Positions 12,101-23,180 of a DNA stretch of 64,000 nt are shown here, piece by piece. The DNA lies in assembly GCF_036321535.1 (NCBI RefSeq), contig NC_087436.1:558001-622000 (forward strand). The letters run 5' to 3'. Under the pieces are notes generated by a model. It did not search any database. It was not told where the DNA came from and worked only from the letters and a program-made list of their open reading frames with translations. How positions within the stretch are numbered: position 1 is the stretch's first letter; every line of letters begins with the position of its first letter. This DNA is from Camelus dromedarius. Lineage: Eukaryota. The translations under genes were made by a program, and so were the position numbers.

Positions 12101-15100
12101 CGCACTTATCTCTCAGAACTGAGCAAGTGGAGAGACGTTCGTTCATCTAGCACCAAGGGAACGGGTTGCAGGAGACACTTTTTCTCTGCTTTCTCTGTCT
12201 GTTTCCTAGTGCCGGTTTGAAGTTCCTGCAGTTTTCACTGTGAAATCGAGTTGGAGCTTCTACCTCCCCATATATATGTATGGAATGGAGTTTGCAACTG
12301 AAAAGAAACTTTGTGTTCCCAACAAGCTAGGTGAAGGACGGCTTTCACACACACTTATCTCTCCGAACCGAGCAAGTGGAGAGACGTTCGTTCATCTAGC
12401 ACCAAGTGAACGGGTTGCAGGAGACACTTTTTCTCTGCTTTCTCAGTCTGTTTCCTAGTGCCGGTTTGATGTTCCTGCAGTTTTCACTGTCAAACCGAGT
12501 TGGAGCTAGTACCTCCCATATATATGTATGGAATGGAGTTTGCAACTGAAAAGAAACTTTGTGTTCCCAACAAGCTAGGTGAAGGACGGCTTTCACACAC
12601 ACTTATCTCTCAGAACTGAGCAAGTGGAGGGACGTTCGTTCATGTAGCACCAAGGGAACGGGTTGCAGGAGACACTTTTTCTCTGCTTTCTCAGTCTGTT
12701 TCCTAGTGCCGATTTGAAGTTCCTGCAGTTTTCACTGTAAAACCGTGTTGGAGCTAGTACCTCCACATATATATGTATGGAATGGAGTATGCAACTGAAA
12801 AGAAACTTTGTGTTCCCAACAAGCTAGGTGAAGGACGGCTTTCACACACACTTATTTCCCAGAACTGAGCAAGTGGAGAGACGTTCGTTCATCTAGCACC
12901 AAGGAAACGGGTTGCAGGAGACACTTTTTCTCTGCTTTCTCTGTCTGTTTCCTAGTGCCGGTTTGAAGTTCCTGCAGTTTTCACTGTCAAACCGAGTTGG
13001 AGCTTCTACCTCCCCATATATATGTATGGAATGGAGATTGCAACTGAAAAAAAACTTTGTGTTCCCAACAAGATAGGTGAAGGACGGCTTTCACACACAC
13101 TTATCTCTCAGAAATGAGCAAGTGGAGAGACGTTCGTTCATCTAGCACCAAGGGAACGGGTTGCAGGAGACACATTTTCTCTGCTTTCTCAGTCTGTTTC
13201 CTAGTGCCGGTTTGAAGTTCCTGCAGTTTTCACTGTCAAACCGAGTTGGAGCTAGTACCTCCCCATATATATGTATGGAATGGAGTTTGCAACTGAAAAG
13301 AAACTTTGTGTTCCCAACAAGCTAGGTGAAGGACGGCTTTCACACACACTTATCTCTCAGAACAGAGCAAGTGGAGAGACGTTCGTTCATCTAGCACCAA
13401 GGGAACGGGTTGCAGGAGTCACTTTTTCTCTGCTTTCTCAGTCTGTTTCCTAGTGCCGTTTTGAAGTTCCTGCAGTTTTCACTGTCAAACCGAGTTGGAG
13501 CTAGTACTTCCCCATATATATGTATGGAATGGAGTTTGCAACTGAAAAGAAACTGTGTTCCCAACAAGCTAGGTGAAGGACGGCTTTCACACGCACATAT
13601 CTCTCAGAACTGAGCAAGTGGAGAGACGTTCGTTCATCTAGCACCAAGGGAACGGGTTGCAGGAGACACTTTTTCTCTGCTTCCTCAGTCTGTTTCCTAG
13701 TGCCGGTTAGAATTTCCTGCAGTTTTCACTGCAAAACCGAGTTGGAGCTTGTACCTCCCCATATATATGTATGGAATGGAGTTTGCAACTGGAAAGAAAC
13801 TTTGTGTTCCCAACAAGCTAGGTGAAGGACGGCTTTCACACGCACATATCTCTCAGAACTGAGCAAGTGGAGAGACGTTCGTTCATCTAGCACCAAGGGA
13901 ACGGGTTGCAGGAGACACTTTTTCTCTGCTTCCTCAGTCTGTTTCCTAGTGCCGGTTTGAAGTTCCTGCAGTTTTCACTGTAAAACCGAGTTGGAGCTTG
14001 TACCTCCCCATATATATGTATGGAATGGAGTTTGCAACTGAAAAGAAACTTTGTGTTCCCAACAAGCTAGGTGAAGGACGGCTTTCACACGCACTTATCT
14101 CTCAGAACTGAGCAAGTGGAGAGACGTTCGTTCATCTAGCACCAAGGGAACGGGTTGCAGGAGACACTTTTTCTCTGCTTTCTCTGTCTGTTTCCTAGTG
14201 CCGGTTTGAAGTTCCTGCAGTTTTCACTGTGAAATCGAGTTGGAGCTTCTACCTCCCCATATATATGTATGGAATGGAGTTTGCAACTGAAAAGAAACTT
14301 TGTGTTCCCAACAAGCTAGGTGAAGGACGGCTTTCACACACACTTATCTCTCCGAACCGAGCAAGTGGAGAGACGTTCGTTCATCTAGCACCAAGTGAAC
14401 GGGTTGCAGGAGACACTTTTTCTCTGCTTTCTCAGTCTGTTTCCTAGTGCCGGTTTGATGTTCCTGCAGTTTTCACTGTCAAACCGAGTTGGAGCTAGTA
14501 CCTCCCATATATATGTATGGAATGGAGTTTGCAACTGAAAAGAAACTTTGTGTTCCCAACAAGCTAGGTGAAGGACGGCTTTCACACACACTTATCTCTC
14601 AGAACTGAGCAAGTGGAGGGACGTTCGTTCATGTAGCACCAAGGGAACGGGTTGCAGGAGACACTTTTTCTCTGCTTTCTCAGTCTGTTTCCTAGTGCCG
14701 ATTTGAAGTTCCTGCAGTTTTCACTGTAAAACCGTGTTGGAGCTAGTACCTCCCCATATATATGTATGGAATGGAGTTTGCAAATGAAAAGAAACTTTGT
14801 GTTCCCAACAAGCTAGGTGAAGGACGGCTTTCACACACACTTATCTCTCCGAACAGAGCAAGTGGAGAGACGTTCGTTCATCTAGCACCAAGGGAACGGG
14901 TTGCAGGAGACACTTTTTCTCTGCTTTCTCTGTCTGTTTCCTAGTGCCGGTTTGAAGTTCCTGCAGTTTTCACTGTGAAATCGAGTTGGAGCTTCTACCT
15001 ACCCATATATATGTATGGAATGGAGTTTGCAACTGAAAAGAAACTTTGTGTTCCCAACAAGCTAGGTGAAGGACGGCTTTCACACACACTTATCTCTCCG

Positions 15101-17880
15101 AACCGAGCAAGTGGAGAGACGTTCGTTCATCTAGCACCAAGTGAACGGGTTGCAGGAGAAACTTTTTCTCTGCTTTCTCAGTCTGTTTCCTAGTGCCGGT
15201 TTGATGTTCCTGCAGTTTTCACTGTCAAACCGAGTTGGAGCTAGTACCTCCCATATATATGTATGGAATGGAGTTTGCAACTGAAAAGAAACTTTGTGTT
15301 CCCAACAAGCTAGGTGAAGGACGGCTTTCACACACACTTATCTCTCAGAACTGAGCAAGTGGAGGGACGTTCGTTCATGTAGCACCAAGGGAACGGGTTG
15401 CAGGAGACACTTTTTCTCTGCTTTCTCAGTCTGTTTCCTAGTGCCGATTTGAAGTTCCTGCAGTTTTCACTGTAAAACCGTGTTGGAGCTAGTACCTCCC
15501 CATATATATGTATGGAATGGAGTTTGCAAATGAAAAGAAACTTTGTGTTCCCAACAAGCTAGGTGAAGGACGGCTTTCACACACACTTATCTCTCCGAAC
15601 AGAGCAAGTGGAGAGACGTTCGTTCATCTAGCACCAAGGGAACGGGTTGCAGGAGTCACTTTTTCTCTGCTTTCTCAGTCTGTTTCCTAGTGCCGTTTTG
15701 AAGTTCCTGCAGTTTTCACTGTCAAACCGAGTTGGAGCTAGTACTTCCCCATATATATGTATGGAATGGAGTTTGCAACTGAAAAGAAACTGTGTTCCCA
15801 ACAAGCTAGGTGAAGGACGGCTTTCACACGCACATATCTCTCAGAACTGAGCAAGTGGAGAGACGTTCGTTCATCTAGCACCAAGGGAACGGGTTGCAGG
15901 AGACACTTTTTCTCTGCTTCCTCAGTCTGTTTCCTAGTGCCGGTTAGAATTTCCTGCAGTTTTCACTGCAAAACCGAGTTGGAGCTTGTACCTCCCCATA
16001 TATATGTATGGAATGGAGTTTGCAACTGGAAAGAAACTTTGTGTTCCCAACAAGCTAGGTGAAGGACGGCTTTCACACGCACATATCTCTCAGAACTGAG
16101 CAAGTGGAGAGACGTTCGTTCATCTAGCACCAAGGGAACGGGTTGCAGGAGACACTTTTTCTCTGCTTCCTCAGTCTGTTTCCTAGTGCCGGTTTGAAGT
16201 TCCTGCAGTTTTCACTGTAAAACCGAGTTGGAGCTTGTACCTCCCCATATATATGTATGGAATGGAGTTTGCAACTGAAAAGAAACTTTGTGTTCCCAAC
16301 AAGCTAGGTGAAGGACGGCTTTCACACGCACTTATCTCTCAGAACTGAGCAAGTGGAGAGACGTTCGTTCATCTAGCACCAAGGGAACGGGTTGCAGGAG
16401 ACACTTTTTCTCTGCTTTCTCTGTCTGTTTCCTAGTGCCGGTTTGAAGTTCCTGCAGTTTTCACTGTGAAATCGAGTTGGAGCTTCTACCTCCCCATATA
16501 TATGTATGGAATGGAGTTTGCAACTGAAAAGAAACTTTGTGTTCCCAACAAGCTAGGTGAAGGACGGCTTTCACACACACTTATCTCTCCGAACCGAGCA
16601 AGTGGAGAGACGTTCGTTCATCTAGCACCAAGTGAACGGGTTGCAGGAGACACTTTTTCTCTGCTTTCTCAGTCTGTTTCCTAGTGCCGGTTTGATGTTC
16701 CTGCAGTTTTCACTGTCAAACCGAGTTGGAGCTAGTACCTCCCATATATATGTATGGAATGGAGTTTGCAACTGAAAAGAAACTTTGTGTTCCCAACAAG
16801 CTAGGTGAAGGACGGCTTTCACACACACTTATCTCTCAGAACTGAGCAAGTGGAGGGACGTTCGTTCATGTAGCACCAAGGGAACGGGTTGCAGGAGACA
16901 CTTTTTCTCTGCTTTCTCAGTCTGTTTCCTAGTGCCGATTTGAAGTTCCTGCAGTTTTCACTGTAAAACCGTGTTGGAGCTAGTACCTCCCCATATATAT
17001 GTATGGAATGGAGTTTGCAACTGAAAAGAAACTTTGTGTTCCCAACAAGCTAGGTGAAGGACGGCTTTCACACACACTTATTTCCCAGAACTGAGCAAGT
17101 GGAGAGACGTTCGTTCATCTAGCACCAAGGAAACGGGTTGCAGGAGACACTTTTTCTCTGCTTTCTCTGTCTGTTTCCTAGTGCCGGTATGAAGTTCCTG
17201 CAGTTTTCACTGTAAAACCGAGTTGGAGCTTGTACCTCCCCATATATATGTATGGAATGGAGTTTGCAACTGAAAAGAAACTTTGTGTTCCCAACAAGCT
17301 AGGTGAAGGACGGCTTTCACACACACTTATCTCTCAGAACTGAGCAAGTGGAGAGACGTTCGTTCATCTAGCACCAAGGGAACGGGTTGCAGGGGACACT
17401 TTTTCTCTGCTTTCTCAGTCTGTTTCCTAGTGCCGGTTTGAAGTTCCTGCAGTTTTCACTGTCAAACCGAGTTGGAGCTAGTACCTCCCCATATATATGT
17501 ATGGAATGGAGATTGCAACTGAAAAAAAACTTTGTGTTCCCAACAAGATAGGTGAAGGACGGCTTTCACACACACTTATCTCTCAGAAATGAGCAAGTGG
17601 AGAGACGTTCGTTCATCTAGCACCAAGGGAACGGGTTGCAGGAGACACATTTTCTCTGCTTTCTCAGTCTGTTTCCTAGTGCCGGTTTGAAGTTCCTGCA
17701 GTTTTCACTGTCAAACCGAGTTGGAGCTAGTACCTCCCCATATATATGTATGGAATGGAGTTTGCAACTGAAAAGAAACTTTGTGTTCCCAACAAGCTAG
17801 GTGAAGGACGGCTTTCACACACACTTATCTCTCAGAACAGAGCAAGTGGAGAGACGTTCGTTCATCTAGCACCAAGGGAA
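9184..17880 (+). repeat. Tandem duplication of a 17/18-monomer block (period 4226 bp)
   Basis: ORF pairs are offset by exactly 4226 bp (10003/14229, 10536/14762, 10749/14975, 11282/15508, 12240/16466). Shared rare variants: CCTACCCAT (about 10772/14998), GAAAAAAAAC (13046/17521) and GACACATTTT. Confidence 0.9.
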
Positions 17881-18959
17881 CGGGTTGCAGGAGTCACTTT
17901 TTCTCTGCTTTCTCAGTCTGTTTCCTAGTGCCGTTTTGAAGTTCCTGCAGTTTTCACTGTCAAACCGAGTTGGAGCTAGTACCTCCCCATATATATGTAT
18001 GGAATGGAGTTTGCAACTGAAAAGAAACTGTGTTCCCAACAAGCTAGGTGAAGGACGGTTTTCACACGCACATATCTCTCAGAACTGAGCAAGTGGAGAG
18101 ACGTTCGTTCATCTAGCACCAAGGGAACGTGTTGCAGGAGACACTTTTTGTCTGCTTCCTCAGTCTGTTTCCTAGTGCCGGTTTGATGTTCCTGCAGTTT
18201 TCACTGTCAAACCGAGTTGGAGCTAGTACCTCCCATATATATGTATGGAATGGAGTTTGCAACTGAAAAGAAACTTTGTGTTCCCAACAAGCTAGGTGAA
18301 GGACGGCTTTCACACACACTTATCTCTCAGAACTGAGCAAGTGGAGAGACGTTCGTTCATGTAGCACCAAGGGAACGGGTTGCAGGAGACACTTTTTCTC
18401 TGCTTTCTCAGTCTGTTTCCTAGTGCCGATTTGAAGTTCCTGCAGTTTTCACTGTAAAACCGAGTTGGAGCTAGTACCTCCCCATATATATGTATGGAAT
18501 GGAGTTTGAAACTGAAAAGAAACTTTGTGTTCCCAACAAGCTAGGTGAAGGACGGCTTTCACACGCACTTATTTCCCAGAACTGAGCAAGTGGAGAGACG
18601 TTCGTTCATCTAGCAAAAAGGAAACGGGTTGCAGGAGACACTTTTTCTCTGCTTTCTCTGTCTGTTTCCTAGTGCCGGTATGAAGTTCCTGCAGTTTTCA
18701 CTGTAAAACCGAGTTGGAGCTTGTACCTCCCCATATATATGTATGGAATGGAGTTTGCAACTGAAAAGAAACTTTGTGTTCCCAACAAGCTAGGTGAAGA
18801 ACGGCTTTCACACACACTTATCTCTCAGAACTGAGCAAGTGGAGAGACGTTCGTTCATCTAGCACCAAGGGAACGGGTTGCAGGGGACACTTTTTCTCTG
18901 CTTTCTCAGTCTGTTTCCTAGTGCCGGTTTGAAGTTCCTGCAGTTTTCACTGTCAAACC

Positions 18960-21900
18960 GAGTTGGAGCTTCTACCTCCCCATATATATGTATGGAATGG
19001 AGATTGCAACTGAAAAGAAACTTTGTGTTCCCAACAAGATAGGTGAAGGACGGCTTTCACACACACTTATCTCTCAGAACAGAGCAAGTGGAGAGACGTT
19101 CGTTCATCTAGCACCAAGGGAACGGGTTGCAGGAGACACTTTTTCTCTGCTTTCTCAGTCTGTTTCCTAGTGCCGGTTTGAAGTTCCTGCAGTTTTCACT
19201 GTCAAACCGAGTTGGAGCTTGTACCTCCCCATATATATGTATGGAATGGAGTTTGCAACTGAAAAGAAACTTTGTGTTCCCAACAAGCTAGGTGAAGGAC
19301 GGCTTTCACACACACTTATCTCTCAGAACAGAGCAAGTGGAGAGACGTTCGTTCATCTAGCACCAAGGGAACGGGTTGCAGGAGTCACTTTTTCTCTGCT
19401 TTCTCAGTCTGTTTCCTAGTGCCGTTTTGAAGTTCCTGCAGTTTTCACTGTCAAACCGAGTTGGAGCTAGTACTTCCCCATATATATGTATGGAATGGAG
19501 TTTGCAACTGAAAAGAAACTGTGTTCCCAACAAGCTAGGTGAAGGACGGCTTTCACACGCACATATCTCTCAGAACTGAGCAAGTGGAGAGACGTTCGTT
19601 CATCTAGCACCAAGGGAACGGGTTGCAGGAGACACTTTTTCTCTGCTTCCTCAGTCTGTTTCCTAGTGCCGGTTAGAATTTCCTGCAGTTTTCACTGCAA
19701 AACCGAGTTGGAGCTTGTACCTCCCCATATATATGTATGGAATGGAGTTTGCAACTGGAAAGAAACTTTGTGTTCCCAACAAGCTAGGTGAAGGACGGCT
19801 TTCACACGCACATATCTCTCAGAACTGAGCAAGTGGAGAGACGTTCGTTCATCTAGCACCAAGGGAACGGGTTGCAGGAGACACTTTTTCTCTGCTTCCT
19901 CAGTCTGTTTCCTAGTGCCGGTTTGAAGTTCCTGCAGTTTTCACTGTAAAACCGAGTTGGAGCTTGTACCTCCCCATATATATGTATGGAATGGAGTTTG
20001 CAACTGAAAAGAAACTTTGTGTTCCCAACAAGCTAGGTGAAGGACGGCTTTCACACGCACTTATCTCTCAGAACTGAGCAAGTGGAGAGACGTTCGTTCA
20101 TCTAGCACCAAGGGAACGGGTTGCAGGAGACACTTTTTCTCTGCTTTCTCAGTCTGTTTCCTAGTGCCGGTTTGAATTTCCTGCAGTTTTCACTGTAAAA
20201 CGGAGTTGGAGTTTCTACCTCCCCATATATATGTATGGAATGGAGTTTGCAACTGAAAAGAAACTTTGTGTTCCCAACAAGCTAGGTGAAGGACGGCTTT
20301 CACACACCCTTATCTCTCAGAACTGAGCAAGTGGAGAGACTTTCGTTCATCTAGCACCAAGGGAACGGGTTGCAGGAGACACTTTTTCTCTGCTTTCTCA
20401 GTCTGTTTCCTAGTGCCGGTTTGAAGTTCCTGCAGTTTTCACTGTCAAACCGAGTTGGAGCTTCTACCTCCCCATATATATGTATGGAATGGAGTTTGCA
20501 ACTGAAAAGAAACTTTGTGTTCCCAACAAGCTAGGTGAAGGACGGCTTTCACACACACTTATCTCTCAGAACAGAGCAAGTGGAGAGACGTTCGTTCATC
20601 TAGCACCAAGGGAACGGTTTGCAGGAGACACTTTTTCTCTGCTTTCTCAGTCTGTTTCCTAGTGCCGGTTTGAAGTTCCTGCAGTTTTCACTGTAAAACC
20701 GAGTTGGAGCTAGTACCTCCCCATATATATGTATGGAATGGAATTTACAACTTAAAAGAAACTTTGTGTTCCCAACAAGCTAGGTGAAGGACGGCTTTCA
20801 CACACACTTATCTCTCAGAACTGAGCAAGTGGAGAGACGTTCGTTCATCTAGCACCAAGGGAACGGGTTGCAGGAGACACTTTTTCTCTGCTTTCTCAGT
20901 CTGTTTCCTAGTGACGGTTTGAAGTTCCTTCAGTTTTCACTGTAAAACCGAGTTGGAGCTATTACCTCCCCATATATATGTATGGAATGGAGTTTGCAAC
21001 TGAAAAGAAACTTTGTGTTCCCAACAAGCTAGGTGAAGGAAGGCTTTCACACACACTTATCTCTCAGAACTGAGCAAGTGGAGAGACTTTCGTTCATCTA
21101 GCACCAAGGGAACGGGTTGCAGGAGACACTTTTTCTCTGCTTCTCAGTCTGTTTCCTAGTGCCGGTTTGAAGTTCCTGCAGTTTTCACTGTCAAACCGAG
21201 TTGGAGCTAGAACCTCCCCATATATATGTATGGAATGGAGATTGCAACTGAAAAGAAACTTTGTGTTCCCAACAAGATAGGTGAAGGACGGCTTTCACAC
21301 ACACTTATCTCTCAGAACAGAGCAAGTGGAGAGACGTTCGTTCATCTAGCACCAAGGGAACGGGTTGCAGGAGACACTTTTTCTCTGCTTTCTCAGTCTG
21401 TTTCCTAGTGCCGGTTTGAAGTTCCTGCAGTTTTCACTGTCAAACCGAGTTGGAGCTTGTACCTCCCCATATATATGTATGGAATGGAGTTTGCAACTGA
21501 AAAGAAACTTTGTGTTCCCAACAAGCTAGGTGAAGGACGGCTTTCACACACACTTATCTCTCAGAACAGAGCAAGTGGAGAGACGTTCGTTCATCTAGCA
21601 CCAAGGGAACGGGTTGCAGGAGTCACTTTTTCTCTGCTTTCTCAGTCTGTTTCCTAGTGCCGTTTTGAAGTTCCTGCAGTTTTCACTGTCAAACCGAGTT
21701 GGAGCTAGTACTTCCCCATATATATGTATGGAATGGAGTTTGCAACTGAAAAGAAACTGTGTTCCCAACAAGCTAGGTGAAGGACGGCTTTCACACGCAC
21801 ATATCTCTCAGAACTGAGCAAGTGGAGAGACGTTCGTTCATCTAGCACCAAGGGAACGGGTTGCAGGAGACACTTTTTCTCTGCTTCCTCAGTCTGTTTC

Positions 21901-23180
21901 CTAGTGCCGGTTTGAAGTTCCTGCAGTTTTCACTGTAAAACCGAGTTGGAGCTTGTACCTCCCCATATATATGTATGGAATGGAGTTTGCAACTGAAAAG
22001 AAACTTTGTGTTCCCAACAAGCTAGGTGAAGGACGGCTTTCACACGCACTTATCTCTCAGAACTGAGCAAGTGGAGAGACGTTCGTTCATCTAGCACCAA
22101 GGGAACGGGTTGCAGGAGACACTTTTTCTCTGCTTTCTCAGTCTGTTTCCTAGTGCCGGTTTGAATTTCCTGCAGTTTTCACTGTAAAACGGAGTTGGAG
22201 TTTCTACCTCCCCATATATATGTATGGAATGGAGTTTGCAACTGAAAAGAAACTTTGTGTTCCCAACAAGCTAGGTGAAGGACGGCTTTCACACACCCTT
22301 ATCTCTCAGAACTGAGCAAGTGGAGAGACTTTCGTTCATCTAGCACCAAGGGAACGGGTTGCAGGAGACACTTTTTCTCTGCTTTCTCAGTCTGTTTCCT
22401 AGTGCCGGTTTGAAGTTCCTGCAGTTTTCACTGTCAAACCGAGTTGGAGCTTCTACCTCCCCATATATATGTATGGAATGGAGTTTGCAACTGAAAAGAA
22501 ACTTTGTGTTCCCAACAAGCTAGGTGAAGGACGGCTTTCACACACACTTATCTCTCAGAACAGAGCAAGTGGAGAGACGTTCGTTCATCTAGCACCAAGG
22601 GAACGGTTTGCAGGAGACACTTTTTCTCTGCTTTCTCAGTCTGTTTCCTAGTGCCGGTTTGAAGTTCCTGCAGTTTTCACTGTAAAACCGAGTTGGAGCT
22701 AGTACCTCCCCATATATATGTATGGAATGGAGTTTACAACTTAAAAGAAACTTTGTGTTCCCAACAAGCTAGGTGAAGGACGGCTTTCACACACACTTAT
22801 CTCTCAGAACTGAGCAAGTGGAGAGACGTTCGTTCATCTAGCACCAAGGGAACGGGTTGCAGGAGACACTTTTTCTCTGCTTTCTCAGTCTGTTTCCTAG
22901 TGACGGTTTGAAGTTCCTTCAGTTTTCACTGTAAAACCGAGTTGGAGCTATTACCTCCCCATATATATGTATGGAATGGAGTTTGCAACTGAAAAGAAAC
23001 TTTGTGTTCCCAACAAGCTAGGTGAAGGAAGGCTTTCACACACACTTATCTCTCAGAACTGAGCAAGTGGAGAGACTTTCGTTCATCTAGCACCAAGGGA
23101 ACGGGTTGCAGGAGACACTTTTTCTCTGCTTCTCAGTCTGTTTCCTAGTGCCGGTTTGAAGTTCCTGCAGTTTTCACTGT
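18960..23180 (+). repeat. Tandem duplication of a 9-mer; the second copy is an 8-mer
   Basis: The offset is 2238 bp (18988/21226, 19376/21614) and then 1989 bp (20480/22469). Shared variants are TTTACAACTTAAAAG and GAAGGAAGGC. The GGTTAGAATTT/ACTGGAAAG monomer is present only in the first copy. Confidence 0.88.

Larger units (their letters stand above)
1..23180 (+). repeat. HOR domain 1: variable 6/8/9/11-mer higher-order repeats built from monomer types A-I
   Basis: The marker pair GGAGTCAC/CCGTTTT followed by the 2-bp deletion AAACTGTG (tracked by the 'MQESLF' ORF) occurs at 1478, 4214, 5705, 7196, 9184, 11421, 13410, 15647, 17885, 19376 and 21614. Spacings are 2736, 1491, 1491, 1988, 2237, 1989, 2237, 2238, 1491 and 2238 bp, i.e. 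11, 6, 6, 8, 9, 8, 9, 9, 6 and 9 monomers. Confidence 0.9.
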
